In this document: positions 1 to 10,890 of the stretch, in pieces | Layout of the letters: each line of letters starts with the position of its first letter | How positions within the stretch are numbered: position 1 is the first letter of the stretch | Origin: Tissierellia bacterium | GTDB lineage: Bacteria; Bacillota; Clostridia; Tissierellales; Peptoniphilaceae | DNA length: 64,000 bases | Assembly (NCBI GenBank): GCA_030529425.1 | Contig: JAUMWX010000004.1 | Span: 78,629-142,628, forward strand | Direction of reading: 5' to 3' | The notes under the pieces: model-generated | What the model was told of the DNA's origin: nothing | Databases searched by the model: none | What the model saw: only the letters and a program-made list of their open reading frames with translations | Translations under genes and position numbers: made by a program

Positions 1-1430
1 CCCAAGTGGAAAAAAGGGATTCCCTGACTGAACATCAAAATGGAAAATGCCATAACGGTCATGTCGGATATCTTGTCCTCGCTTACAAATGATTTAACCA
101 ATTTATCATAAAATATAAGATTATCGTGGGCATTAAAATAATTTATTGACTCCAATGGCGTATGAAAACTGCTATTGTTAAGCTTTTTATAATTCACTGA
201 TCCAAGTATTCCCTTAACAACATCATTTTTGTGATAATACTCTCCCTGTAAATATCCCCTTGTTCCTCCGTCATTATCTCCTTTCAGAGCATCTCTGAAA
301 AATGGATTGAAGATGGAAAAGTCCTTTCCTTTTTGAGATCCGATATTTATTTGTTTGTTATACTCCAACAAAGATCCCTGTGCCATCCAAGGTTCCCCAT
401 AAATCATAAAGTTTGGATTTATCTCCCTCAATTTTTTCTTTGCAAGCATTATGGTGTCGATATCAATTAATGCCATTAAATCAAATCTGAATCCGTCAAT
501 TTTGTACTCACTTGCCAAAAAGCATAAGGAATCAATTATAAATTTGCGTCCCATAGGCTTTTCAGATGCAAATTCATTTCCGCATCCGGATCCGTTATAA
601 AATGCCCCATTCACATTTCTATGATAATAATTCGGCATTATCTGGTTAAAATTCGAATCCAAAGTTCTGAAAGTATGATTATAAACTACATCCAATACAA
701 CCGATATTCCGTTTTCATGCATTGTTTGAACCATCTTCTTAAATTCATATATTCTTGCTTTAGGGTCAGAAGGATTTGTTGAAAAAGATCCCTCCATACA
801 ATTGTATAGCTCCTGGTCATAACCCCAATTGTAATTATTAGGATAAGAATGTAGCGGCTTGCTTTCATCAACAGTCAAATAATCCGTAAGAGGCATAAGA
901 TGTAAATGAGTTATTCCCAGATCTTTAATATGACCAATCCCCGTGGATAAACCCTTATAATTACTTTCCGACTCGGTCAATCCAAGGAAAGTTCCTCTAT
1001 TTTTTACTCCCGAATTTTCCAAGACAGTTACATCTCCCACATGAGCTTCAAGTATAATTGCTTTTTTATAGTCGTTATAGGGAATTTTATGTTCTAAAAA
1101 TCCTTCAGGATTCGTAGAATCCAAATCTATGATTGCAGACTTTAAGCTGTTTATTGAGCAAGCATACGAATATGGATCCGTAACAAGATTTCCATCTACC
1201 AGGTAACAATAAAACTTTCCGTCCAAATTCCCTTCAATCGTGTACTCATATACTCCGTTTTCATCCATTTGCATACTGTATTCTGTTCTCAGCAAGTCAT
1301 CATATTCCTCAAAAATACATAATGCAACCGCTTTCTGTAAAGGCGCCCAAACTCTAAATGTTGTGGATTCCTTTGAATAATTTACTCCCATTTTCTTATG
1401 GGAGTATTCCATTTCTTTCTTTAATTGCAT
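1..1430 (-). CDS. pulA: Type I pullulanase / glycogen debranching enzyme (GH13), partial. The N-terminus is present and the C-terminus runs off the window edge.
   Basis: Manual translation of the minus strand from an ATG near 1428-1430 with a GGAGA SD gives MQLKKEMEYSHKKMGVNYSKESTTFRVWAP. GH13 conserved regions are present: YNWGYD, GFRFDLM, GEPW and FNAHDN. It is the last gene downstream of glgP in the glg operon. It is absent from the ORF track because the ORF is open at the window edge. Confidence 0.8.
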   Translation of the reverse strand, partial: MQLKKEMEYSHKKMGVNYSKESTTFRVWAPLQKAVALCIFEEYDDLLRTEYSMQMDENGVYEYTIEGNLDGKFYCYLVDGNLVTDPYSYACSINSLKSAIIDLDSTNPEGFLEHKIPYNDYKKAIILEAHVGDVTVLENSGVKNRGTFLGLTESESNYKGLSTGIGHIKDLGITHLHLMPLTDYLTVDESKPLHSYPNNYNWGYDQELYNCMEGSFSTNPSDPKARIYEFKKMVQTMHENGISVVLDVVYNHTFRTLDSNFNQIMPNYYHRNVNGAFYNGSGCGNEFASEKPMGRKFIIDSLCFLASEYKIDGFRFDLMALIDIDTIMLAKKKLREINPNFMIYGEPWMAQGSLLEYNKQINIGSQKGKDFSIFNPFFRDALKGDNDGGTRGYLQGEYYHKNDVVKGILGSVNYKKLNNSSFHTPLESINYFNAHDNLIFYDKLVKSFVSEDKISDMTVMAFSILMFSQGIPFFHL

Positions 1431-1441
1431 CTAAATCTCCG

Positions 1442-3643
1442 TTAAAAGTAATTTTTGGTTGATGTTATACCACGAATAATATTATCCATGATTTCTTCAT
1501 TCCATTTTGATCTTTGATAATAATATTGGCAAATCCTTTCGCTCATCTCATAATGAGAAAATAAATCTCTTAAAACATTATGTGTATCGTTAAAATAAAA
1601 CAATGAATTATAAATTATGTTTACATCATAAGGAAAAAGTTCTTTTGGAAGATTTTTCAAATGGTTAAACATTTCATTTATTATCGGATGTTTTGTCAAA
1701 TAATCGTTTATATTGAAGATATAATCATCCCCTACACTCTCAAATATATATTTATTATTTATAATGTTTTTATGTTCTCTAACCAAGCTATTTTCTCCCG
1801 CCAAAATAATAGAACCGTTAATAATAAATCTAATCAGCGAAATATCAGTGTATTCCAAAGGTATATTTGAAACCTCTTCATAAACCTCCGTTGCGGGTAT
1901 AAGCAGATTCGACTTTGTCATATTGTAATTTTCTATAAATACAATTTTAATCTTGTTCTTTATGGTTAAATCATTATTAATCAATTTAGCTAATGCATTT
2001 ATAAACTTAATCATTTCTTTTGCCATATAATAGTTAGGATATGACTTTCCTCCGAAGAAGTATGTTCTTTCTGGTATATCCATATTCGCATTTTGTTTAA
2101 GCTTGTAATATAGCATCAAAATACTCAATGCTGACAAAAGTTGCCTTTTATATTCATGAAAAACACCGACTTTGGAAATAAAAATTGATTTTGGATTCAC
2201 AATTCCTTTTAAATCAAACTTTTCTATCAGGTTTTTCTTATTTTCAAATTTTATTTTGTCCAATAAATCTACATCTTTATTTTCAATGGCATTTACAAGT
2301 TTTTCATTTATTTCAGAAATATATTGTTTACCGTCAAATCCCAAAGTCACAACTTCGCACTTATCCATATAGTATGCATAATGATTTGGAAAATACTTAG
2401 TCCTAAGTATATCAATATGATCTCCCGATAAAAACTTTATCTTGCCGGATACATAATAAGCGATATTAAACAGATTGACCGATTCATTTCTAACAATTGT
2501 TAAGGTTTCTCTATTTATAAACTTTTCATCATTTAATTCCATTTTCAACTTTGCATCTATCAGTCTTATTGTATTAATTAATTGCGGACATACTTCACTT
2601 ATAAGATCCATACTCCAAACTTCAAAATTTTCAGGTAAAAATGATGTATTCATAAATATAAATACATTTCTTGCCAATTCAAACGAAGCTTCAAAACTCA
2701 ACTCATATTTTTCCATTAAAGCCTTGATAAAAACGACTATTGTCAGAGCCGGATGAATATCACAAATCTGTATTTTAACAGATTCAGAAAGCTTTGTTAT
2801 ATCATTATTCTTATATTTTTTATGTTTTTTCAGTATATCCTGAACACATGCCGAAGCAAAGAAATATTCTTGTGAAAGCCTCAATTTTCTACCGTTATGG
2901 GTGTCTTCTTTAGGGTAAAGAAATTCCACGATTGCATTTGCTTCATTTATCTCCTTATAAGCTTCCTGAATTCTTCCTTCAGAAAATTTCATAAAATCAA
3001 TGTCGTGAACAGATTCACTTTTCCACAAACGAAGTGTATTAACTCTCATTGAGTCTTTCCCTAAAATCGGAATATCATATGGAATCGCCTTAATTTTGTT
3101 ATTTTTAAAATCTACGAAATGAGAAAATTCTTTCTCATGTTCCCACGGATTATTATTCACTTTCCAATCATCAGGTTTTTCAACTTGACTTCCATTGATT
3201 ATTTCCTGCTTCAACATTCCTTTTCTATATCTTAATCCATAGGCATAAACATTTTGGTTGTTGTTAGCTAAATAATCCAAGCTGGCTCCGGTCAAAGTTC
3301 CCAAGTCTCCAAATCCTAAAGCAAACTCAAAATCATTTTTTTGAATATCTTCAAAACTTCTTCCATGTCTTTTTAAAACCGTTTTCACTTCATCAAGTAT
3401 CCCTAACTTGGCCGCATTGGTTAAAAGAATATTTCCCAATGAATATTCAAAACAAAGCAAATACAGAACACTTTCATCTCTTGATTTTTTCACAGTTTCA
3501 TTCCATATTTTACCGATTAACATTCTAATAGTTTTAGCAAGAGATGTGTAAATCTCACCATCTCTTGCTAAAGACATATCCTTGGCAAATGTTTCAAACA
3601 AATTTTCTTCTATTTTATCTTCCAAATAGAAATCTTCCCGCAT
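1442..3643 (-). CDS. glgP: GT35 alpha-glucan (glycogen/maltodextrin) phosphorylase homolog, divergent.
   Basis: 733 aa with GT35-like blocks KIVFIENY and NGSIILAGENSLV. It follows glgA in the standard glgB-glgC-glgD-glgA-glgP order. The canonical EASGTxNMKF and GLGNGGLGRLAAC motifs are not conserved (see findings). Confidence 0.75.
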   Translation of the reverse strand: MREDFYLEDKIEENLFETFAKDMSLARDGEIYTSLAKTIRMLIGKIWNETVKKSRDESVLYLLCFEYSLGNILLTNAAKLGILDEVKTVLKRHGRSFEDIQKNDFEFALGFGDLGTLTGASLDYLANNNQNVYAYGLRYRKGMLKQEIINGSQVEKPDDWKVNNNPWEHEKEFSHFVDFKNNKIKAIPYDIPILGKDSMRVNTLRLWKSESVHDIDFMKFSEGRIQEAYKEINEANAIVEFLYPKEDTHNGRKLRLSQEYFFASACVQDILKKHKKYKNNDITKLSESVKIQICDIHPALTIVVFIKALMEKYELSFEASFELARNVFIFMNTSFLPENFEVWSMDLISEVCPQLINTIRLIDAKLKMELNDEKFINRETLTIVRNESVNLFNIAYYVSGKIKFLSGDHIDILRTKYFPNHYAYYMDKCEVVTLGFDGKQYISEINEKLVNAIENKDVDLLDKIKFENKKNLIEKFDLKGIVNPKSIFISKVGVFHEYKRQLLSALSILMLYYKLKQNANMDIPERTYFFGGKSYPNYYMAKEMIKFINALAKLINNDLTIKNKIKIVFIENYNMTKSNLLIPATEVYEEVSNIPLEYTDISLIRFIINGSIILAGENSLVREHKNIINNKYIFESVGDDYIFNINDYLTKHPIINEMFNHLKNLPKELFPYDVNIIYNSLFYFNDTHNVLRDLFSHYEMSERICQYYYQRSKWNEEIMDNIIRGITSTKNYF

Positions 3644-5079
3644 TATAAACTCCTATATAATTCAATGTACTCCTTGGCAGATTTTCCCCAATCATTAATT
3701 TGAGACATCGAATTAGTGATTAATTTTGTAAATTTTTCTTTTTCATTGTAATACACATCAATCGCTTCTTTAGTTTTGAATAACAATTCATGCGCATTTA
3801 TATTGGCAAAGGTAAACCCCGTTCCTTCTCCGGTATATGTGTTAAAAGGAATCACTGTATCTTTAAGGCCGCCTGTTTCCCTTACAATCGGAATTGCACC
3901 GTATCTCATCGATATCAATTGTGAAATTCCGCACGGTTCCGCCACGGAAGGCATCATAAACAAATCACATCCTCCATAGATTAGATGAGATTCTTCATTA
4001 TTGAAGTAAATTCTTGATGCTACTTTATCAGGATATTTGTTTTGGAAATATTTAAACATTTCCTCGTACTCATAATCCCCCGTCCCAAGAAGGACAAATT
4101 GAATATCTTGCTGTATAAGTTCTTCAAAGATATATCTTACTATCTCCAAACCCTTCATCTCATTTAGCCTTGTAACCATAGCTATCATACAAACATCATC
4201 TCTCTGAGCTAAACCGAACCTTTTTTGAATTTCTCTCTTATTATATTTTCTGTCTTGATGAGAAATAATGTCGTAATTTTTTGCCAAAAACTTGTCGGTT
4301 TTCGGATCCCATTCGTCATAATCAATGCCGTTCACTATACCGAATAGTTTATGTGAATAATGATTTATTACACCTTCCAAGCCTTCACCGAAGAAAGGAT
4401 ATCTGATTTCTTCGGCATAAGTTTTTGAAACGGTATTGAACTTTGTAGAATGAACAATACCGCCTTTCATAAAGCTGATTGCATTTCTATACTCCAAGTC
4501 ATTGGCATTCATTAAATGGCCCGGTAATCCGGTCATTGAAAATACTTCTTTCCCAAACAATCCTTGATATTTCAAATTGTGTATGGTGAACAAGGTCTTT
4601 GTATCGGCATAAAAACTGTCTCCAATTTTAAAATCATTAAGATAAACAGAAACCAATCCTGAATGCCAATCATTTGAATGAATTACATCAGGTTTGAAAC
4701 CGATTCTCTTTGGAATTAGTACCGATGCTTTTGAAAAGAATATAAATCTTTCCGCATCGTCAAACTCTCCATAAATTTTTTCTCTTTTGAAATACTGTTC
4801 ATTGTCAATAAAATAAAATATTACGCCATCCAATTTCAGCTCGAACACCCCGCAATATCTATGCATCCAAGCTATATCAACATAAAACTCGTCGATTTTT
4901 TTCATCTTCTCTCTATATTTTTCATCAATAGCTGAATATAAAGGAAGTACAACTCTTACATCTTCACCTTGTTTTTTTAGCTCTTTTGGAAGTGAACCGG
5001 CAACATCAGCCAAACCGCCTGTCTTAATAAAAGGAACGGCTTCACTGGTAACGTATAAAATATTCATATTACCTCTCAA
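3643..5079 (-). CDS. glgA: Glycogen synthase (ADP-glucose type, GT5).
   Basis: 478 aa. N-terminal ILYVTSEAVPFIKTGGLADVAGSLPKEL matches the GlgA KTGGL motif. Operon context. Confidence 0.9.
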   Translation of the reverse strand: MRGNMNILYVTSEAVPFIKTGGLADVAGSLPKELKKQGEDVRVVLPLYSAIDEKYREKMKKIDEFYVDIAWMHRYCGVFELKLDGVIFYFIDNEQYFKREKIYGEFDDAERFIFFSKASVLIPKRIGFKPDVIHSNDWHSGLVSVYLNDFKIGDSFYADTKTLFTIHNLKYQGLFGKEVFSMTGLPGHLMNANDLEYRNAISFMKGGIVHSTKFNTVSKTYAEEIRYPFFGEGLEGVINHYSHKLFGIVNGIDYDEWDPKTDKFLAKNYDIISHQDRKYNKREIQKRFGLAQRDDVCMIAMVTRLNEMKGLEIVRYIFEELIQQDIQFVLLGTGDYEYEEMFKYFQNKYPDKVASRIYFNNEESHLIYGGCDLFMMPSVAEPCGISQLISMRYGAIPIVRETGGLKDTVIPFNTYTGEGTGFTFANINAHELLFKTKEAIDVYYNEKEKFTKLITNSMSQINDWGKSAKEYIELYRSL

Positions 5080-6187
5080 TCACCTTATTTTTTTCAACTA
5101 CATAAGGATTATTTTGTGTACCCTGAACAAATACTTTACTTTTAATTATTACGTTTTTATCCAATATTGAATTAACTACTATCGAATCTTCTTCTATTAC
5201 AGTATTTTCAAAAATAATTGAATTTTTTATAATAGAATTCTTTCCTACTTTTACCCCTCTGAATAAAATTGAATTTTCAACTTCACCTTCAATAATACAA
5301 CCATTTGCTATTATGGAATTCTTTGTTTGATTTCCCGGTAGGTACAATGTTGAAGGAGCATCCTTGGACTTAGTTAAAATTCCTCCTCCCGATACCAACA
5401 AATCATAATAAATTCCTATATTCAAAAGATTCATATTAGCCTTATAGAATGAAGGCAGATCCCTTATATACTCAACATGTCTGAACAGTTCCAAAGTTCC
5501 TATATTAAGAGAATCTTTTTGATTCATGATAGCTTCCGCCAATGTATAAGCATCTCCCTTTTCAACGCTCTCTTTGACAAGCTTAACGAATATTTCTTTT
5601 TTTATGAACAGATTTTCTATATACATGTTAAATATATCTTCTGTACCTAAATTTTTTCCAATATTTATTACTTTTCCATTTTCGTCAAAAATTATTTTTT
5701 TACAATTCAAATATTGACCTGAAACATCATCTTGTTTCCTGTAAAGAAACATAACATCATAATCATTTTCAAGAAAAATATTATATGCCTTAGTAATATT
5801 AATTCTTGACAAAAACATAGGATTTGCAACATAAACATCCTTTTGTTTTGATTCTTCAAAATATTTCAATGAATCATAGTATGTCGCAATTTCTGACAGT
5901 TTCGCTCCGTACTCATTTATGCCCATCGGATTAATCATCAATCCGTCGGTACGCTTATCCATCCCCCAACTTTTGCCGTTTCCAACATGATCAAGGGTTG
6001 ACCTGATATTTTTTCCCGCACACAAAAGTACCTTCGTAAGTCCGTGGAATGAAAGATTTGATAATGTAAAATCCACCAATCTATATCTCCCCGCAAAAGG
6101 AAGCATATAATCAGGTCTTGTTTTTAATAATGATTGAAAATCACTAAATTCAGTTGAAGAATTAATAATGCCTATTAATGTATTCAT
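5069..6187 (-). CDS. glgD: Glucose-1-phosphate adenylyltransferase regulatory subunit GlgD.
   Basis: 372 aa nucleotidyltransferase plus left-handed beta-helix fold. Lies between glgC and glgA as in Bacillus-type glg operons. Confidence 0.8.
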   Translation of the reverse strand: MNTLIGIINSSTEFSDFQSLLKTRPDYMLPFAGRYRLVDFTLSNLSFHGLTKVLLCAGKNIRSTLDHVGNGKSWGMDKRTDGLMINPMGINEYGAKLSEIATYYDSLKYFEESKQKDVYVANPMFLSRINITKAYNIFLENDYDVMFLYRKQDDVSGQYLNCKKIIFDENGKVINIGKNLGTEDIFNMYIENLFIKKEIFVKLVKESVEKGDAYTLAEAIMNQKDSLNIGTLELFRHVEYIRDLPSFYKANMNLLNIGIYYDLLVSGGGILTKSKDAPSTLYLPGNQTKNSIIANGCIIEGEVENSILFRGVKVGKNSIIKNSIIFENTVIEEDSIVVNSILDKNVIIKSKVFVQGTQNNPYVVEKNKVIER

Positions 6188-6195
6188 ATAGCCTC

Positions 6196-7335
6196 CTATT
6201 CAACATCTATTCCGTTTTCTGAAACAAGATACACATTTTCATCATTTTGTTTTCCGATAATTTTATTTTCTTCTATTACTTGGTTTTCGGAAACTACACA
6301 ATTATATATCTTTGCTCCCTTTTTAATTATTGCTCCCGGAAGAATAACTGATTTTTCAACCACGGCTCCTTCCTCGACAGTGACTTGGTCAAATAATACC
6401 GAGTTGGTAACCTTACCGGCAATATAACAAGCTTCATTGATTAAGGAATTTCCAACTATTCCGTCCGCGCTTATAAAATGAGGAGGCAGATTCTTTGGAG
6501 TAGTGTTAATTCTCCAAGTATTATCATATATGTTTAGAGGATTATCTCTGTCGATAAGATCGAGATTTGCCTCCCAATAAGATCTGACTGTACCAACGTC
6601 TTTCCAATACCCACTAAATCTGTAAACAACCATTTTTTGTTTAGAATTTAAAATTTTAGGAATAATGTTTTTACCAAAATCGTAATCTGAATTCTCGTCT
6701 TTATAATCTTCAATAAGTGACTTCTTAAGCGTATCCCAATTAAAAATATATATTCCCATTGACGCCAAATTACTTTTCGGATTTTCCGGCTTTTCTTCAA
6801 ATTCAACTATATTGTCCAGTTCATCAACATTCATAATCCCGAATCTTGACGCTTCTTCCCAAGGTACTTCCATAACCGCTATCGTAACCACTGCATTATT
6901 TTTTTTGTGAACGCTAAGCATTTCCTGATAATTCATTTTATATATATGATCTCCTGAAAGAATTAAAACATATTCAGGATCTAAATTTTCCAGATAATCA
7001 ATATTTTCATATATTGCGTTCGCAGTTCCTTTATACCATCTTCCACCTTCCTCTGAATAATATGGAGACAGTAATTTCAAACCGCCCTTTAATCTGTCAT
7101 AGTCCCATGCCTGTCCCAAACCTATGTGTTCATTAAGATAAAACGGTTTATATTGAGTTAGTATTCCGATATTGTCTATTCCTGAATTTGCGGCATTACT
7201 TATACCGAAATCTATAATCTTATATTTCCCTCCAAAAGGCACTGCCGGTTTAGCTGTATTTTTAGTCAACGCTTTTAATCTGCTTCCTTGTCCGCCTGCC
7301 AACAACATAGCTACCATTCCATTTTTTTGCACCAT
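6196..7335 (-). CDS. glgC: Glucose-1-phosphate adenylyltransferase (ADP-glucose pyrophosphorylase).
   Basis: 379 aa. [35 protein letters not shown] is the canonical GlgC N-terminus. Confidence 0.9.
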   Translation of the reverse strand: MVQKNGMVAMLLAGGQGSRLKALTKNTAKPAVPFGGKYKIIDFGISNAANSGIDNIGILTQYKPFYLNEHIGLGQAWDYDRLKGGLKLLSPYYSEEGGRWYKGTANAIYENIDYLENLDPEYVLILSGDHIYKMNYQEMLSVHKKNNAVVTIAVMEVPWEEASRFGIMNVDELDNIVEFEEKPENPKSNLASMGIYIFNWDTLKKSLIEDYKDENSDYDFGKNIIPKILNSKQKMVVYRFSGYWKDVGTVRSYWEANLDLIDRDNPLNIYDNTWRINTTPKNLPPHFISADGIVGNSLINEACYIAGKVTNSVLFDQVTVEEGAVVEKSVILPGAIIKKGAKIYNCVVSENQVIEENKIIGKQNDENVYLVSENGIDVE

Positions 7336-7344
7336 ACTCCCTCC

Positions 7345-9231
7345 TTATCTTTTATGACTCAATTTTACAAATATCGCCGCATATGGAGGTAAATCAACCC
7401 CCACTGAATATTCTCTTCCGTGATAAGGAATTTCTTCAGTATATAACGGTGTATTTCTATGAATTTCGCCACCATATTTTTTATGTGATGAATTTAGCAA
7501 AATTTTATAAATTCCTTTATTTTCAACTCCTATCCTATATTTAGGTCTGTAAACAGGAGTAAAATTAAATATACACATAATTTTATCGTTCTTACCGATT
7601 CTCTCAAAAATTATCACACTTTCATCATGATTTTGATGTTCCACCCACTCATATCCGTCATAAGAATCATCAAAGTCGGAAAATGCTCTTTCAGATGCAT
7701 ATATGTGATTCAAATCTCTTACAAAGTTTTGTAGATGAATATGATTGTCATAATTCAAAACGGACCAGGACAATTCTTTATCCTCGTTCCATTCTTCAAA
7801 AGTACCGATCTCCGATCCCATAAACATTAACTTTTTACCCGGATGTGCATATTGATAAGCATACAATGCTCTCAAGGATTTGAACTTAGTGTCATAATCT
7901 CCCTGCATCTTGTTAAGCATTGACCCCTTCAAATGTACTACTTCATCATGGGAAAACGGTAGAATATAATTTTCACTAAAACAGTAGGTAATCGAAAATG
8001 TTAATTTGTCTTGATGATATTTTCTGTAAAGAGGATCCATTTCCATGTATTTTAATGTATCGTTCATCCACCCCATATTCCATTTAAAGTCGAATCCCAA
8101 TCCACCTTTTTCCACAGGTAATGTCATATTCGGCCAAGCCGTACTTTCTTCAGCTATCATCATAACTTTAGGAAAATACTGATGAACTACATAATTCAGT
8201 TCCTTTAAGAAATCAATCGCTTCAAGGTTTTCGTATCCTCCATACATGTTGTATAGATTTTTACCGCCATAATTTAAATACAACATAGCGGCAACCGCAT
8301 CCACTCTTATTCCGTCAATATGATATTTTTTCAACCAGAACAATGCGGATGAAATCAGGAAATTCTTCACCTGTTGCTTTCCGTAATCAAAATATAAAGT
8401 TCCCCAACCGTCCGCAGAAGCTGCATACGGGTCAGTTTTTTCATACAGATAGGTCCCGTCAAACTCGATTAACCCGTGAGCATCCTTTGTAAAATGCACG
8501 GGAACCCAATCCAATATTACCCCTATCCCATAACTGTGAAATTTGTCAATCAAGGACATTAAGTCCTCCGGAGTTCCAAATCTTGATGTGGCTGCAAAAT
8601 ATCCTGTAACCTGATATCCCCATGATCCGTCAAATGGATGCTCTGTCAGCGGCATAAATTCAACATGTGTAAATCCAAGCTTTTTCACATAATCAGGAAG
8701 TCTTTCCTCAAGTTCTTTGTAGCTGTAATATCTTCCATCCGGATGTCTCATCCATGACCCCGCATGTAATTCATATATTGACATCGGTTCATGTATATGA
8801 TCCTTTTTATCCAAATCCTTTATGTATTTTTTATCTTTCCACTTATATCCGTTCAAATCATATATTTTGCTGGCTGTTTTAGGTCTGGTTTCGGAATGAA
8901 AAGCGTATGGATCCGCCTTATAAAGTACCCAATTTTGATGAGTTACTATTCTGTATTTGTATGTATCGAATTCCTTTGCATTTTCAATACAAACATTCCA
9001 AATTCCTGAACCGTTGACATTTTTTAGAGGTATATTTCCCTCGTTCCAAGAATTAAAATCTCCAACTAAATATACTTCTCTTGCGTTTGGTGCCCAAACA
9101 CAAAAGCTTGTCAAATTTTTTCTCTCAATTTTAATCTTATGAGCTCCTAAGAACTCATAAGATTCATAATTTTTACCTTCATTATATAGATATACCGACT
9201 CATCCAAATCAGTTCTATAAAATAATTTCAT
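7345..9231 (-). CDS. glgB: 1,4-alpha-glucan branching enzyme (GH13, CBM48).
   Basis: 628 aa. GH13 regions DWVPVHF, GIRVDAVAAM, EESTAWP and FSHDEV. First glg gene of the operon. Confidence 0.9.
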   Translation of the reverse strand: MKLFYRTDLDESVYLYNEGKNYESYEFLGAHKIKIERKNLTSFCVWAPNAREVYLVGDFNSWNEGNIPLKNVNGSGIWNVCIENAKEFDTYKYRIVTHQNWVLYKADPYAFHSETRPKTASKIYDLNGYKWKDKKYIKDLDKKDHIHEPMSIYELHAGSWMRHPDGRYYSYKELEERLPDYVKKLGFTHVEFMPLTEHPFDGSWGYQVTGYFAATSRFGTPEDLMSLIDKFHSYGIGVILDWVPVHFTKDAHGLIEFDGTYLYEKTDPYAASADGWGTLYFDYGKQQVKNFLISSALFWLKKYHIDGIRVDAVAAMLYLNYGGKNLYNMYGGYENLEAIDFLKELNYVVHQYFPKVMMIAEESTAWPNMTLPVEKGGLGFDFKWNMGWMNDTLKYMEMDPLYRKYHQDKLTFSITYCFSENYILPFSHDEVVHLKGSMLNKMQGDYDTKFKSLRALYAYQYAHPGKKLMFMGSEIGTFEEWNEDKELSWSVLNYDNHIHLQNFVRDLNHIYASERAFSDFDDSYDGYEWVEHQNHDESVIIFERIGKNDKIMCIFNFTPVYRPKYRIGVENKGIYKILLNSSHKKYGGEIHRNTPLYTEEIPYHGREYSVGVDLPPYAAIFVKLSHKR

Positions 9232-9243
9232 TACAGTTTTCCT

Positions 9244-10890
9244 CTATTCTTCATCTATTTTTGCAATTGCCGCAGTCACGGTAGGAATGAATTGTTTTTT
9301 TCTTGACAACAGATTATTAACCAAAAATCCTTTTTCGTTATATTCAACGCCAAACTCTTTAGCTATTGCATCTCCATACTTGCCCACAACTATAACTTTA
9401 CTCTTTTGTGCAAATATATCCGTCATAAGTAGGCAAAATATATCGTCCGAATTAAGATTTCTCATCTCATTCATCTTTTGGATTATTTTTTCTTCCATAG
9501 TTCCCAATTGATCCAAATTGGTCGTAAATGTCTGAGAAACTTTAACCTTGTTTCCTTCAATATTGAAAACCTTAGAATCCGTCAATAATATATCTTCCGG
9601 CTTTTGATCTTTCAATGATGTCCCTGCCGAAAACATCTCTACCGCATATTCTTCAGCATTAATATCTGCAATTCTCGCAAGTCTCATCAATACCTGTTTA
9701 TCAGTTTCCGTTGTAGTTGGTGATCTGAACAACAGAGTATCGGAAATTATTGCAGATGCCAACAGTCCCGCTATATTTTTACTAGGAGTCACCCCCTCTT
9801 CAAAATACATCATAGCAATTATTGTACAAGTGGAGCCCACCGGGATGTTTCTAAAGTAGATTGGCGCATTTGTCATAATATTCGCCACCCTGTGGTGATC
9901 TATTATCTCAATAATTTCTACACTTTCAAAGTCGTCTATGGATTGATTTCTCTCATTGTGATCAACCAATATTAGCTTCTTTTTTTTGTCGAATAACAAA
10001 TCATTTCTTGAAAGATTTCCAACAACTTTTCCTGTTCTGTCAAGCACAGGAAAGTTTCTGAATCTCTTGTTTTTAATTCTCTTTTCGACATCTTCAAGAT
10101 AGTCATCAGGATAAAAGAAAGTAAGATCCTCCGTACTCATCACATAAGATATAGGTATGGCTTGAGGAAGTAAACGCGCCACCATGTAAGAATTATACTT
10201 TGTTGATAAAACAACTATATTTTTAGCCTTTGCAAGCTCTAAAATTTCATCTTCCATTTTAGCACCGCTTGACAGAATTATCATACTTATATCTCTGTCA
10301 ATCGCTTCGATGTGAACCTCACTTCTATTTCCTACAATCAATATATCTCCTTTACTTAGATGCCCCTTTTCATCTACGCTTGAAGCATATACAACGATTC
10401 TGCCGTCATAGTCCTTTACTTCATTCGGATAATAAATAACATTTCCGGAAATAACATCAATTATATTATCAATTGAAGTGTTAGCTCTCCAAATAATCTT
10501 GTCATCCCAAACTTCCATATATGACTTTGTCAGGTTTGAAAGTGTTACGATCCCTATCAGTTTTTGATTGTCATCAATTACAGGTAAGGAACGCATGTCT
10601 TGATCTTGTAAAAATTTAGCAGCCTTATTAATCGATATGTCAGGACTTACACAAAACGGAACATCCAAATCAAGATCCTTGATTCTTTGCTTTAATGTTC
10701 CGACAAATATTGGGGCTTCAAATCCCCATCTGTTTAAGACCCATTTTGTTTCCGGTCCCAATTCTCCAATTCTTATTGGAATAGCTTCAACATCTCCTCT
10801 TTTGTTTTTTAGTTCAGCATATGCTATAGCAGAACAAATTGAATCCGTGTCCGGGTTTTTATGCCCGGTAATATATATTTTCTCCTTCAT
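9244..10890 (-). CDS. CBS-domain-containing family II (DHH/DHHA2) manganese-dependent inorganic pyrophosphatase.
   Basis: N-terminus KIYITGHKNPDTDSICSAIAYA is a family II PPase signature. Central CBS pair and DRTGG-like insert. DHH motifs LVDHNE and IIDHHRV. Start placed at M13 (MKEKIY) with a GGAAGG SD. Ends 12 bp from the glgB start. Confidence 0.8.
   Translation of the reverse strand: MKEKIYITGHKNPDTDSICSAIAYAELKNKRGDVEAIPIRIGELGPETKWVLNRWGFEAPIFVGTLKQRIKDLDLDVPFCVSPDISINKAAKFLQDQDMRSLPVIDDNQKLIGIVTLSNLTKSYMEVWDDKIIWRANTSIDNIIDVISGNVIYYPNEVKDYDGRIVVYASSVDEKGHLSKGDILIVGNRSEVHIEAIDRDISMIILSSGAKMEDEILELAKAKNIVVLSTKYNSYMVARLLPQAIPISYVMSTEDLTFFYPDDYLEDVEKRIKNKRFRNFPVLDRTGKVVGNLSRNDLLFDKKKKLILVDHNERNQSIDDFESVEIIEIIDHHRVANIMTNAPIYFRNIPVGSTCTIIAMMYFEEGVTPSKNIAGLLASAIISDTLLFRSPTTTETDKQVLMRLARIADINAEEYAVEMFSAGTSLKDQKPEDILLTDSKVFNIEGNKVKVSQTFTTNLDQLGTMEEKIIQKMNEMRNLNSDDIFCLLMTDIFAQKSKVIVVGKYGDAIAKEFGVEYNEKGFLVNNLLSRKKQFIPTVTAAIAKIDEE

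Noticed and set aside
686-871. 61-aa minus-strand ORF inside the pullulanase region.
   Set aside because: It lies in an alternative frame inside the pullulanase coding sequence, with no SD. It is a frame artefact in AT-rich DNA.
1661-2756. Several 66-93-aa plus-strand ORFs antisense to glgP.
   Set aside because: They are antisense to a well-supported long gene and have low-complexity F/I/L-rich products typical of AT-rich antisense frames.
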